In this document: positions 26,067 to 40,700 of the stretch, one piece after another
How positions within the stretch are numbered: the first letter of the stretch is position 1
Layout: each line of letters begins with the position of its first letter
Source of the DNA: Catajapyx aquilonaris
Lineage: Eukaryota
Length of the DNA stretch: 46,190 nt
Assembly (NCBI GenBank): GCA_000934665.2
Contig: KZ538820.1
Span: 1-46,190 of the forward strand
Direction: 5' to 3'
Made by a program: the position numbers and the translations under genes
Notes under the pieces: generated by a model
Told to the model about the DNA's origin: nothing
The model's database searches: none
What the model saw: the letters and a program-made list of their open reading frames with translations, nothing else

Positions 26067-28748
26067 CTGCAAAGGACACACACACACGCATTATTGTCCC
26101 CCCAAACACTTTTGTCCACCTCAATCTCGCACTCACCGTCGACGATCTTCTTGCTGAGGGCGATCTTGAGCAGTTCGTTCTGCACCTCGTTCCTCACCCA
26201 AGGTTGGAACTTGTTCTCCACCTCTGCAAAAAGACACTCCGTCATGTTATATAATTATGTCGAAGGGGGGGGGCTCTTACCCTGCAAGACTGGGTCCTGG
26301 AGGAGTCCGTCCTGCGAGAGTCCGTTGACGACCAAGGGGACGAGGTCCTTGAGCAGCCTCTGGGCGAAGGTGTCCGCGGCCACCCTCTCCTCCAGCTCCT
26401 GCTGCTGGACCAGTTCCTCCGCCTGCTGCTGGATCCTCCTCTCCTTCTCCTCCTCCAGCCTCCTCTCCTGCTCCTCCAGACGCTGCTGCTCCAGCAGCTC
26501 CGCCCTCCTCCTCTCCTCCATGCGACGCTGCTGGTACCTCATCGCCTGCTCCTCCTCCTCCTCCAGGACCTCGATCAGGGACTGCTCCACCGTCTTGCCC
26601 ACCAGGACCTCCAGGATCGGACGCACCTCCGTGTCGAAGTCGAACAGGTCTCCGGGGTAGATCTGCGTCACGACGTCCAGCCCTATCTTGGCAGGGACGA
26701 ACAGGGGCGACCTGGGCCTCTCCGCGAAAGGGTCGGTCTGACAGGCCACCTCCTCCTCAGGGGGCTTCTCCCACAGCTCCTCCAGGTACTTCTCCGTCTG
26801 GACGTCGATGTGTCTCCGGCCTTCCACAGGCGGAGGGGTGGCCATGCCCTTGAAAGGGTACCGGGGTTTCCTCCTGCTCAGGTTACGGCGACGGAGGTCG
26901 GACATGCGGGAACCTCCTCCGGCGCTCTCGGGTACTCCGGCGCTCCCGGGGCCACCGGAGCTCATGTTCTGGGAGACCATGCTCGGAACCAGGCCCAGCT
27001 CGGTCATCGCGTTCTACCAGTCCCATAGGGGAAGGGGGAAGGGAAGAAGAAGAAGAAGAAGACAAGGGTCACCAGCGTTATAGCGGCTCGCACAAATCAA
27101 AGAGCTCTCAACAAGTGCCATTTTATACTATCATGCGCATCGCTTATTTTTGGGGAGGAAGGGCAGATATTATGGTCCCTAAATAAGTATGTACAAATGA
27201 AAAATAAGCACACCAATGTAATTTACAGTCACGTAAGCACTGAACCTCGACGCCATCGAGGATGACTCTCCTGATATTGCACTTATTGGCGTCAAAAAAC
27301 TGCGAGTTTCTCCCATTGTTCCCATCCAATAACGATGCAACTGGTAATATTATTTATCACAATTATTGTTTTCTCAGTTTCAGATGGATCGTATTACTGA
27401 GGAGAACATTATTGCGTAACGACAATATTCCTCTCTTGGTCGTTCTACAGAGGCTAGATTACTCAATTTTAAAAGTCATTGTATTGATTCAGCATGAGAG
27501 AGCTTCGTGAAATTTGACCGTCTATAGATTTCGTGTGTCAGTGTTATTGTACAACCAACTTTATCCTGTAAGTGACATTGACCCGAAAACAATAGAGTCG
27601 CATGGTTGGCTCTCATTAATCAGAGTACGTAAATGCAGTAGGCCTAATTCATTTATTATCCTATCTAATCAGAGTCTCCAACGAGGCTCGAGTCATTTGT
27701 ATTCATGTCCACAAACGGCCCCTTGTCGTATTTTCATTTGGCAGGTCCTTGCAACTATTTTTATAAGCAGATTAATGTCCGGCCTGTACTTTACACGTAC
27801 AATGTTGCAGAGAAAACTGCACGTCTGAAGCGCGTCTATATATACGAAAGGTTTACTCAAACACGACCAAGACGATGCAAGAGACACCTCGCCCACTGCT
27901 GGACCAAAAGGCCGACACAGCACCCGCCATGAAACTACACCAGTAACACAAGGCAAAATTCCTTCGACGGCAATCTACTTATTGCATGCAATCAAGCATC
28001 AAGCCAGATCTATATATGCCAATTGTTCATCAACTAACTCGAGGCCAAATTGTGTCGATGCTGGTATCGAGGCACTTGTCTATAAAGCAAATGCAGAGAT
28101 TGACGTGGATGAAGAAAAGTCGATTGAAAGTGATTAGGAAGAGTCGCAGCTTCAGCCTGTAAGCTAGACTGACCTGCGAACAAGAGAGTCGCATGGGTGG
28201 CTCTGAGCCCTCTCAGGATGTATATAGGAAGAACTCCATCTCAAACTCATCTCCCAAAAATGCAAAAAAGGCAAGGGCCTGGCCTTAGCCCCCACCATTT
28301 TTTGGCAAGGTCCTTTTAACGGGGCCAATAAGTCCCTCATTAATAGTCCAGAAGAGCGTTACGTAACACCCGATGTTCTCAAACAACTCAAAGCCGTACA
28401 ATAGCCGCCTTAATTTATGGGTTCAGCGATGGGACCGAGCAACTGCAATTATTATGCAACGATCACTGTCCCTTCATCAGCAGTACACGGCGAATCGCAC
28501 GCTACTAATTATATTATGGTCGCGGTGCAAGGACATCTGGGATTTATATAAAAAAAAGATGGAGAAGGACGCATGCACGTACTACACTCGACTACACACA
28601 CAATGCACTGTACACTACTCTATTTTACTACTCGCTTTCATTCCATATAGGGCGGACTCCTGGGCCCAATAAAAATGTCGGGTTAAAAAGAGAGAAGAGT
28701 TGCGTAACAAAGCCAATGCTCTTGAAACAGCGGCACGCGTGTGCTGCT

Positions 28749-28782
<34 letters not shown>

Positions 28783-31700
28783 GTAAATGCATGCTGCCGT
28801 GGCGTGTCCACTCTAGCAAAGCCTTCGAACTAGAGAAGCAACAGCACTATACATCTGCTTGAAACGGGATTGCTGTGGTGTAGACAATTTCATGAACTGT
28901 GAGGCTGCTGCGCGTATACTGTGCATTCTAACTTGGCCCTATATGATAATGCAGTGCTCATTTGCATGTGCCGGCCACTACAGACTGACACTGTGCAGCA
29001 GCAGCAGCGTGTATACCGTATGTATGTAATGTATACATCGCACAGTTCGCCCCCCTTGACACCAATGTGTACTACTACATTGTTGGGCCCTTGCTGAGCA
29101 CACTGACCTGCTGGGACAGCAGCTTGGCGTATCCGAAATACGGGTTCCAGCGAGGCTGTTGCTGGAGTGTTAGTATACACAACAGGGCTTGTTAATCGCG
29201 AGGAAAGCAAAGAAAAAAAACCACACACCATGCATATACACACACACCCAGCACACACACCCGATGATAAATAGGCTAAATGGTAATACATAAATACACA
29301 AAGTCCCGAGCTGGTTTCACACAGCAGGCGTGTCGTTGTCTTTGGAATGTTGCGCCCATCTCAACGACCAGCGACTGCACAGTGTGAATCCAGCTTTAAT
29401 TTTCACCCTGGATAATTTTGCTTTTAAAAGACAAAAAAAAAAAGCGAGCCCTTGCGCAATGTGGCCGTTACTCTTAACTGCATCCTGCAGCAAAAATCCG
29501 ATGCGGTCCGCATTAGATTCGCAGTCACGCAGCATATAGGGCAACCTGCGATGCAGATCGTGAGCCGTATCGCGCTTTTTTTTTTTCCTTTTTTTGTTTC
29601 GACCCCCCCCTCTCTCACCCTCCACCCAAACCCATTTGGGCTGTCAACCCAAGAATAAGAAAGCAGCAAGCCAGCAGACGATAAGGGGCCACAGGCTCGC
29701 CTCAAACTTTACGGGGGCCCCCAATGCAACTGTTAATAACCAAGCGGGTTGAAGGGTCACGCGAGAAAAGTGCAACCCTCAGGTGTACAGTCCGGAGCAA
29801 AAAAATACTAATTCCCCTCCACAATATGAACTCGCACACTCTCTTTTTCATATAATATTATGGTGTATAATAACGGAGTCGAACTCACGGTGGGCATCGG
29901 ATGTGAGAAGGTGTTGCCCCTGACGATCCTCCTGTCGTACATCAGGTGGTATCCGCTGGCCCTCCGACGTGCACCCATCATGTCTTCGTTGCTGGCTGTC
30001 CCGGCATCCCTGTTTGGAGGGTACATTGCTTTGGATTAGATGAAAAGAGGGGCAAGGTCGCTCNNNNNNNNNNNNNNNNNNNNNNACACACACACACACA
30101 CACACCTCGCTGCAATCGACCCCGCCATCACCCAACCCATCGGAACTTTCGTGGTGTCGAGGTCGTTAATCATTCAGGTGTAGTGCTGGCCTCTACACTT
30201 CGATTGGTTTGCCAGACACCACGTTTCCCACCGCATTTCGGGACCTCCGATGGGAATATATGCACCGCTTTCATTCCCTCTGGCCCTTCCCGCCCCCACC
30301 CATCCACAACAAACGACTTTTTTTTTCAACGACATTTCAAGAGGGAATCTGCTGGGAAGAGTCAGCATAAAAAGTCGTCCGATGTCAAACCAGCACAAAT
30401 ACCAATTCACACGGTGCCGTCTTGTTGTGTAAAGGACATGACGACGTCGAAAAGGAAGTAGTGTCGGACGAACACATCCTAGTGTTATGCAACCAACATC
30501 GTTCTACCAGTACATGAAAACGAAAATGCACAGTGGTGACTTATTGCACCGGATCAGAATGATTACAGTTTGGCAAAAACCCGTATTAAAAACGAGCCCA
30601 GAAAAGTTCGTTACTCAAACTTCGATTGGCTCAATTTTCCAGAATGAATATTTTTCCATAGAGGCGAGCAATCGGAACTATGTAAGCGATTAATTTCCGT
30701 GAATCAGATGATGAGAGTCGAGAGTTACGTTACGCGATTTTAAACGACTCGTGTCCAATATCGACGACTTCCGGCCACATTTGCGTCACCCATATATAAC
30801 ATAGAGATGTATGTGCCGATTAACTCCTGTTGCGCAAGCGTGTCCAACGCGTACAGTTCGTCCAGCCCACCCATTCAATAAACCATGTCTAATTGCGAAT
30901 ATTGATATATTGTGGTATATTTGCCGAACTGCCGCCCAGCCAAAAATTGCAGGCACCACACTGTATGGGGAAGCCATTCCCAAACGAAAATACAGTACCA
31001 GAAGCTGCAAAAGTTTGGGCCCACGAAAAAAACATCTGCCCTGATGGGCCAGCCAGCCAGCCAGACATAGACCTCTGATGGAAGTTTCCAAAATGTGAGC
31101 AAAAGGGAGATCTATAAATATAGTTGGCGCCTCGAGGCACGCAATCCCTTCTGCGCTGCAAGGGCACAACCAAAAAATGCATCCAGCCCTTTCTTAACCT
31201 GATTCAAGATATGGGAAATAAATGGAGCAACAACTTTTTTTTAAGACAAAAAAAAAACTTGCTGTTTTCCGTATAAGGTTAGCGGCAAATCATCCTTTTC
31301 CTCAATTCGTCGCGTCCATCAATATATCTTCAACGGGGACATGCTCGCTCAATGTATATAACCAAAATGGTATAGCTGTTGCCAACACCTAGCAAGTGCA
31401 AGGTCGACTCAATTATGCACTTTGTGCTGCTCCCCTTGCAATGTGGTCATATAAAAGGAAGTGCGTGTACTTGCGGCCATCTGTCAGCCTTTAAGACCCG
31501 TTTCGTGTCCGAGGCTTCAGGCAGTCGGCACGGAATGGTTTCCCCAAAAAAGGTGACGTCATCCTATCGCCCATTTCCCTCAACACACAAGAAAAAATCC
31601 CCGAATATGACCTCGTTTCAAGGAACCTCATCTGTATAGTAATAATTCGCAGCCATTCACCGGCAGCAGACGGAGGGGAAAAAAAGGATCGAAGCGACAA

Positions 31701-34700
31701 ACCAATCTCTATCGAAAAGCTATATGGTCGATGCATAGTATATACACAATAAGGCGTCGTGGTCAAACAAAACCGATTGAGGTCCAAGGAAAAAAATCGG
31801 GTTAGTTTATTGATGGCGGCTAATGTATAAGGCGGTGAAGTGCGGCAAAGTAAATTCGCAGCCTGTATACTCCCAGCCTGAATAATTCACAAACCGCAAC
31901 TGCTGGGCAGAAAACTGGGCAGAAAGTGAAAGTGCTCGTCATTATTCTGAGGCGTTGCACAGGTTATTTGCAGCGGACCGAATTCAACCATTGTCACGCA
32001 AACTGTTGTCCCCAGATCAATTCGTTCATTGTTCTTCGCAATCCAATTTTAGAGTCGTATATACGCAGCAGTTATAAACGGCGAGGCGTGGGACAGGGAT
32101 TCCCTGTTTCTATATAGGCCAAAGTGGCCTCATCACGGAACCGGTCAGGTAATAGACCCATCTTGACATTATCAAGCGGGAGTTACTGACCGCTACGATA
32201 CGGTAATCTCTGTGTGATTGTTCGACGCAAGATTTCGTGCTCAATTTATTGACATGTTGACGGGGGGAAAAAATAGCAGATGAAACACCGAGTAATGTGG
32301 TAACAACTTTCGTTTTCTACACCGTATAGTGTATTAGTCACAACCATATATAGATTAAGCAGCTACCTTCTTAATCCATATGGTCACAACCATTCCCCCA
32401 TTTTATTGGTTGGGCGAGGCATGCTCATCATGTGTGATTTACGTCGTGTGAAAGGGTTCTCCCCCGTGTAAGTGTGGGCTTTCTCGGGGTCCACTATTAC
32501 ACTAACGCCAGTAGTCACCCACAAGGAATGAGACGCAGGATAATGAATTAAAATATGGTATGCATTACACACATGCATGAAAACAACTCGGCAAACCCGC
32601 CAGATAAGGAGCGACATAATTATAGTTAATAACAGCTTATGATTTTCTTCTTCTTCTGGTGTAGTTAATAGTGGTTAAATTCCTGCTGTTAGTCGGGTGA
32701 GATAACCGTTTTGCATTCGCATCCGCTCGTTAAGCGCACGTAAGGCAAAAGCTCTCTTGCTTTTTCCGGTAGTCAAATAATGAGAGTGGTTTGGTTTGAG
32801 CATAACCAAGTGAGGCCCTCATATAAAACCATGGCCGAATTTCCTCCGCATAGCCCACAATAGAGCCCCCCCACTTCAAGTCATGGCCGACCAGTTACCC
32901 CTTTCTCTCTATGTGGAATGGTGGTGAGGATGGGGAGGGCTTAATCGGCTCATCTGGCACGAAACCCGGTTGCACGCCGGTATATATACGCACAGGGTGA
33001 CTCAGAAACTGCAGTGTCGAGTCCATTCATTCCTCTTCAGACTTTTTTTTTTGTCCATCCTGATATCACTGCGCTCTTCGAGAGGCCTTGTTGTTATATT
33101 AGAGCCCCCCTTTTCCGCCCCCTCTTCTGCAGCGGAAATCTTGTGGGAGGCCAGGCGAGATATATGGGCTTCTACGTGGGCAGGCAGGCCTACCAGCACG
33201 CAAAAGGGCTATTTAAAAATATTGCAACCGGCTGGTGCTGTATAAGGCCGTGGATCATTTGCAGTTGCAGCAGCAGTCCCAGCAGAATCAACCGCCCCTG
33301 CCACACTGGAACAGTCCGAAGTTACGTAAAAACTGCGCCGAAACTTATAATTACAAGGTGTTCGGAAGGGGGGTGACCAGGCCGGAGACATGCCAAGGTT
33401 GCGACAATAATTATTATTGCGCCAAGCCACCGGACAGATTAGACCGGATCGGATCGGAGCTGCTGGCCTTCGAAGGAAAATGGCCGATGGGGAACACTTA
33501 GGAAGAGGAGGAGGAGGCCCCTGTAAATCGGGCTTCCCTGCATGGACCAAGAGTCGGTTGGGTTGCGGCCATCGCAGGATCAACGCCCACAAGAAGCGAA
33601 ATGGTGGCCCATTGCATTGTAACAATCCACTGTAGCAGAATGAATGAATCAACAAACAGCAAGCGGGGCATCATAATAATGACTCAAGTGTTACTTATCA
33701 GAGCAATGTTTTTTCCCTCCCTTGCCATACCTGCTGGCTTTCTTTGCTTAATTTCACTTTTATCGCTTCCTGCTAATTTTAGGCGTTATCTTTTAATGCG
33801 CAGTTGCTAAGTTGGTTGCATAAGCCCGTCACCACTTCTGCCAAATGACTAATCGCAACCGTGCATGCCGTGTGAAGTCTTCCATCGCGCGGGCTTTCTT
33901 TTTCGGCCTCCGAATTTTCCTCGTTCCCTTCCCAAATAGACATTGACCCACACAACTGCTGGGCCGTTTCCATCGCTTCCGTCACGAGAACGTCCGATGA
34001 TTCCCTGTCACAACCAACCCCCAGCAAGATGTTGACATCATCGCCGCGGTCGGCACTTACTTGTCCTGTGGGCTGACGGACTGTTGCTGCCCTCCTCGGC
34101 CCCTGGAGGTGATGACCCTCGACCTCCTGAGGGCCAGGGAGTTGGCCTGCTGGTGCGGGTTGCTGCTCCCGTTGCTGCTGATGGGTCCGCCCTGGGGCGA
34201 CTCCCCGGCAGAGTCCTGGGGCGAGGCGGCTCCCTCGGGCCTCCTCCTCCGACCCAGGTTGTGCACCACCCTGGGCTGGCTCGAGTACGTGTACAGGATG
34301 ACCCCTTGGCCGCCCGGGGGTCGGAGGAAAGATCCGCGACGGACCACGGTGATGAAGGGCGGCCGGCCTTCCAAGGGGCCGCCCCGAGGCGCAGTCCCAT
34401 TCCGGGACACGCTCAGGGGACCCCAGCTGCGGCCACACACCCGGTTATATACTTTGTGTATGTGCAGGGTGGTCAACCGCCCAAGTCCATTTGTTCATCC
34501 CCAAACCTGCGGACTCGGGCAGTCCTCCACCCCGTAGTGTAACAGACACATACGGAATGCATCGTGGGCGTTTATTCCTGTCCGACTTCGTTTCAATTCC
34601 ATCACGCACAATAGCCGTTTTGTCCCTTTCCAAATTGCCCGCCAATCGATATCCGGACCAATTAGAGTGGACCGTAAAGAGAGTTGAGGTGGAGGGGGGA

Positions 34701-37700
34701 GGGTAAAGCAGTCTATTATAATGAATATGGGAATGCACCGACTTTGCCGGTACAACATCCCGTAGGTATTATTAAGGAGTTGGGAGGGGGTAGTGAGGCA
34801 GTGGGGAGAGGGGAAAAGGGAGGAAACTCTATATAAGGTTAGTAGGTTGAGAGGCAGATCAATAGGTTATAGTCATTACAGTGCAGAGATCCCCCTTGGA
34901 TAAAGGACAGTCTGCAAATAAATCCCGGCCCATTTGGTATTCCATATACCAACTCGATTAATATTTTGGAAAGAGCGGGGTTTCGTCACGCGTCCTGATG
35001 GGAACCAAAATGGAGGGGGCCTCGGACACACAGTCGACGTTTAAAACACAACGGAAAAGGTTTAAGACCGTGTTCACACACGAGCATCGTTATTGACTTT
35101 GTGTCGGTGCGGTTGGACGGTTGGCCTATAACAATCACAACCTGATTTGTAGATCCCAGCCGCACAATTCCCATAGCATAAGGTGGCAGTGACCGCGATG
35201 CCGTCTGAGTCAGTCGCACTTGGTTGTCATTTTCACATACCACTTAATTGCGCAGTTAATTTGCCACGTATCCATCCGATAAAGGCAATGTAAGGGAATT
35301 TTTTTACTCGTGCAAATATCCGTAGCATGCGATTATCCGCAAGTATAGATTCCACCGAATATTATGAGCGGTGCTGCGTATTTTCCGTTGCGTTAGAAAC
35401 GCCCGCATTAAGGCCGGTTCCACCATCCCACCCACCTGTCAGTCAATCAGTTTGTTAGCCGACTCCACTTATTTAAGTCACGCGTGGATAAAACGCTTTT
35501 AGACCAGCCCTTTTTTGGTGAGAGAGCGTCGTTGCCATAATGGCCGCAGATATAGCCTGAGTTTCAAAAAGAGAGAAACTTGCCCCTTTCCCATCTAATA
35601 GGTTTCATATTTATGTTTTTTTACAAAAAGAAACTTTGGTACCTCCTAGGGATGGTGGAACCAGTCACTATATACCGTGTGTCCGGGCCTGCAGGGAATC
35701 GTCGGCTAATTATTGTGGAACGAAACGAGTCGGACAGCAACCAGTGCGACATCATATAAATAGAGACCTGTTGGTAAAGGCCCTCCATCCAGCAGAGTTG
35801 TTTTGTGGTTGCTCTTGTTGCGGCATGGAAGCGCTGCATCGGTGGGGGGTGTAGGAGGGCCGTCCGTTGGGCGTCTTGCTGTCCTTCGCCCTGACCCCGT
35901 TGACGGAAGAAGCGGCGCCGTTGGACGCGGTGGACGCGGTGGAGGACGTGGAGGACGCGTCCTGCTGCAGCACCACTCTCTTCAGGCCGTTCTTTCCTCC
36001 GCTTATCACGGCGGCAGGGGGAGTCTCCTGATGGGGCTGCTGGTCTGGGCTTGTGGCAGGGGGCGACACGACCACCTGCTTGAGAGTGGGGCCGCCCATG
36101 GGCCCCACCACGGGCAAGATGGGCTCCGTCACCAGCATCGCTCCCTCGCTCACTGCCGCTCACGTCGCATGCCAGCCCTGCATGCCTCAGCCGGGCACGT
36201 GCTGTCCTCCTGGCGCATGCCCCATTCCCAAGCAGTTCCCATTTTTGGTTGATAGATCACACGGGGAAGGGGGGGGGGGGGCTAATAGACCCTCGCACCA
36301 AAAGCACCAGAGTCTATCGCTCCCTCGGCAAAAAGTGCTTTTCCGGGACAACAACACACTATATAATAACGCGACTGACAATATTGCCATGAAATAATTG
36401 CTGTTTGCATCACACACGCCATCATTGATTCCTATATAGCCCGGATGGATGAGCTGTATAGGGACATTCGATCACGATACTAATCATCCCGTCCCATGCA
36501 CCGTGTACTGTACAACCGAAGAGATCGAACACCCAGGTGAGCCGTAAAGAACTTATTGCTCATGGAGAGGAAGACCACATCGGATATTGCTTTCGAACCC
36601 TTCAAAGGATAATTATATCGTCGCACTTCATTAATTACCGTAACTTCAGTTCCAGCCATTTTATGCCATCAGTATATATACACGGAGTAGGTTCACTCCA
36701 GTTTGATCGTCCCATTCTCCAGGAACCGAACCGTTTCGCTTTATAGCGTACAAAGTATTACTGAAGAAAAAAAAAATCGAAAGTGAGCAGGGTACATGCA
36801 GGTGGCGAGCATGTATATGGATGTGCAGAACAACACCCTTCAAGGTCGCTGCCTTAAAGCCTCCGAATGTTTCGTGCACCTGACCAATACATCAAGGAGG
36901 AGGGGACAGTTGATGGGAATTTCACCACCTTTTTTGATCATGCCGATATGCTGGTATAGGGAATGTCCAGCCCTAATATCAATAGAGGTCATCGCAATTT
37001 ACGCAGCACCACGCACACACCAATCAACCAAAAACGTATATAAACCGTCGAGATTCTTTGAAAAGGGGGAATGAAAGCGAGCTCGTACCGGTATATAAGG
37101 TTTGTGGGACAGGGGGACAAGTCTAGGCAAATCGCAAATCGCGTGACTCTTTCGCCAAAGCAAGAAGCGATCATCTCCCTCCCCCCACCCCACCCCTTCT
37201 TTTACCCCGAAACCAATTTCCTATCCTCAACAAGCAAGAGGAGGACAAAGCCCGCGCAAAAATCTAGGATAACGAGATGGATCCACCCCGCATATAATCA
37301 TCCTAATGGGAGGAAGGACCCATGCAGATTCCTCCGGGTCGACGTTTCATGCCGGTCATTCCTTCCTCCAGCAAATTAAGTGTCGTTAATACCCATGGAA
37401 CGATTTGCAAGCGAATGTCGGTCAGGAGACACACATATCTGACACGCAGGGTCACGCACCGTCGAACATGTGCCCCCNGACAGGTTTTCCACGTGATTGT
37501 GTGAGACCCCCCCCGACGCCCTCCGTCGCGACACTATAGTGTATACAGTCCCCCCGCCCGCCGCCTTGACCTGCCTTAATATTGATCATGTTGTACTGGA
37601 TGCCTCCCTCGAAGACGAACACACAATCATTAATAATAATCCAGCAGAGAACCATTCAGCAGGACGCCAACTCATTCCGGATTGATGCCATTCACAGCCC

Positions 37701-40700
37701 CCGAATTTCGCAACTAGCTGTGGACAAAACACACGGTGCGTTTGTTTTTTGGCCCCCGACCTGGGGCCCCGGGGTTTGCTTGGACGCGATGCCGTGCTGG
37801 CCCTCCGATGAATAAGAAAACAGTGTTGATTGGCGCCGGTCATGCAATCGCTCATTGCGTCCCAGCTCATTCTATAGTTAACGTCAGAATAACCACAGTC
37901 CAGCGGTCAACAATATCGTGGGAAACCAATTCCATAAAATTGCATAAAAATATTAAAGCATTTTTTTTTTTTACCTTTATGAATTGCTCGATGGCTTCCA
38001 TATAATTTTATGCCTTTATTATATAGTTGTATCGAATCTTATTGAGGGAGAGAGAGCTTGAAAATGCTCGGAATAGGTTTTAACGTTTGAATTTCACAAT
38101 GCTCTTGTTGCGTGGTTGTTGTCAGCCACCGTTGCGCACGCTACTTTTCAGGTAATCGACAGACAGTCTCAGGCAGTGCAAAACACGTTGCGAAATGCAC
38201 AGTTTTCCTCCCAGCAGCACGAGCTTGGACGCCTCCTCGTCTGGCGTCGCCACCGCCCAGCTAGCCGTCCTCCCCAAAAACCAGCAGCGAGCGCTCTTTA
38301 TTCACTCGAATTATTGTCATCACAGGAGCTCCAATCCCTCAACAATGAACCCGATGGATGAGAGTATATATACACGAGGACCGGTCGTAGGCACCTGCGT
38401 CACACAGGAACATGTAATTACAAGCCGGTCGCATCAACATTTGCTGTGACGCGAGTCCCTCGCATCGGTAATGATACAAAACAAGTCCGTTTGCGTCACG
38501 TGGATCTATGGACCTCTCGTCGCTTTATTTGGCTTGATTCTTCTGCTGTCTATAGACTATATCCTCCAGCTCCGATGCATGATGCGGGATGGCCCGTATA
38601 TACGCCAATTGGCGTATATTCTGGATTCATTACACCATCTACACATACGCTGCTACATATCTTTGTCAACCGCCTGTGGATTCCAATCCGGATAAAGGGA
38701 GACCACACATATGCTTCAGACTCTATCGTATATTTTAAACTATCCAGCTAGAAATTCGCGGGACCCCTTAACGACCAGTCTCAAGGACAGAAACCTCCAG
38801 AGTCTCGCACCAAAGCCACGCAAGGTATATAATAAAAGGGGAGGCATTTCCGCGCACAAGTGTGTAAATATCTCGGGTCTGGTGGTGGAAATCAATGGCC
38901 GTCTGATGGCAGCACGACGTACAAAATCATTGCTGTTCAAACGGACACGTACACGCCACGCAATTAGTGCACCTGAGTTCCCCCAGCACGAAACCGCATT
39001 TTTTCCCCCCCTGGCCATTTGTATATAAAACCCGATTCCCGCAAATGACATTTACACCTGTTTTCGCGGTATTAGCCGCACATTGTCGTGTACAGCAGGA
39101 TATACTCCATTCAATCCCGGATCCTTATACTAGTGCAATCAATTTATTGGAAAATACCTCGCGGAACAGTCACAATTGTTTCTTTCACTATCTATACAAT
39201 AATATAATACCAGCAGACCTATACATTGTTACCTGACAGCACTGTAGGTTTGACATTTAAAAATAATCTTGCACCTATGAAGTTATGAGATCAGAGCGAA
39301 AAAGCAACCGCCATGTTTGACTAATTTTCCTACAACTAAATGATCCTATAAAACAAGGCAGAACTCTGCACCAAAATGGCGGGGATTTAGAAGAACATCA
39401 TTAAGTCGAACCTTCACTTATATTGTTGCTGACATGGTCTACCCCTCACTAGAGCCAAGAGCTCTTGCTATATATAGCCTTGAAAGGTCCAGACGAATAC
39501 CTGGTTAAATTACTGCTACTTCCAGGAAAAAAAGTGCGCTTTATTTCCTTGGACATCGACCGTTGTTCTGTATACGTATTGGGCCATACTGTTGCCGGTA
39601 CTTTTTTGGCACTTGCGGCTCTGATGATGACGTTTCTTCGGCAAGTGCATCTTTCCATGCTTATTTTCTCCGTCGGATGTTTGTCCGCCATGATAGTACC
39701 GCTATCTCTACCAAGACCTGAGAGTAGCAGGAGTGTGCATAGTGAGTCTGCGCCATCTATATACGTTATAATAAATAGAACTACGTGGTAAATCGGCGGG
39801 CCATGTCCCTCTCATATACTGATACAGTAATAGGTTTTGCCAAATTTTGGCAGCGGGTTCACTACAGTTTGTTTCTAAATGTGGCAGACGTTGCACCAAT
39901 ATTCTTTGCCTCTTGTTAACACCTCACAAGAACGAGGAATCTAATAGGCAGGCAATAAAAAGTTCGCAGGGTAATGAATGCACGTGATCTATACTCCGCA
40001 ATTGAGGGAGGCCATCAAGGTTTGCTGCAATTTAATGCACCTCAGACATGCAACTACATAGGGCCAACCTATAATATAATGAATAGTGTTTTTCCTGCCT
40101 CGTCGGATGCTATTGCCTGCGCCCAATGCATATAACATGCTGCATGGGTCTGCTGGGATTGGCGTTGCGTCACTCTGCACGCAGGCACACTTTGCTTGCA
40201 TTGCTGTTCGATACTCTATAAACAGCCCTGTCGTATACGGAAAAGGCATGGTCATTTGCCAGCATGCAGGGTTAAAGACCTCGTGTCAGGCCGTTGCTGT
40301 TGCCATGAGGTAGAAAGAGCGAAGGACCAATAAAATAAAAAAATCGGGAAGGAATGACCATTTTTTCATTTTTTGTTTCATTGTCCGAGGGTGTACATAC
40401 ATTCCATCTGCTGTACATCAGGGACCTTTCAACAATGAAGGCGATTATTACACACCTTCACGCCCACGAAGAGTGTCGCCCGGAAAATGAGCAGAGTCGG
40501 AGATCGACAACGCCACATGAGATCCGGAAGTCCACTCGACAACTACATGTATCTTCGGAGTGCATCAGCTCATCTATGCATCTACATTTTTTTGTTCGAC
40601 TCTCTTTTCTTTCGGTCTTATGGGTCTTGGGCGTGGATTGCTCCTTTTTATTCCCGGAGAAAAAGGAGGTATATATAGTAGGTGCTGGTTGGAGGAGGGG

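Noticed and set aside
26255..27007. Treating the ATG at 27007 as the RSPH3 start
   Set aside because: A strong acceptor lies at 27014, and conserved RSP3 N-terminal motifs are found in upstream exons.
25730..27083. Long plus-strand ORFs (174, 266, 91 aa)
   Set aside because: Antisense shadows of the GC-rich RSPH3 exons.
32440..32490. AHTYTGENPF resembling a C2H2 zinc-finger linker
   Set aside because: No properly spaced Cys/His pairs around it; chance match.
33779..34542. Overlapping ORFs in other frames and strands over exon B2 (and likewise over B1 at 35621-36397)
   Set aside because: Expected from high GC content; only one frame carries the RSP3 motif and a compatible donor.
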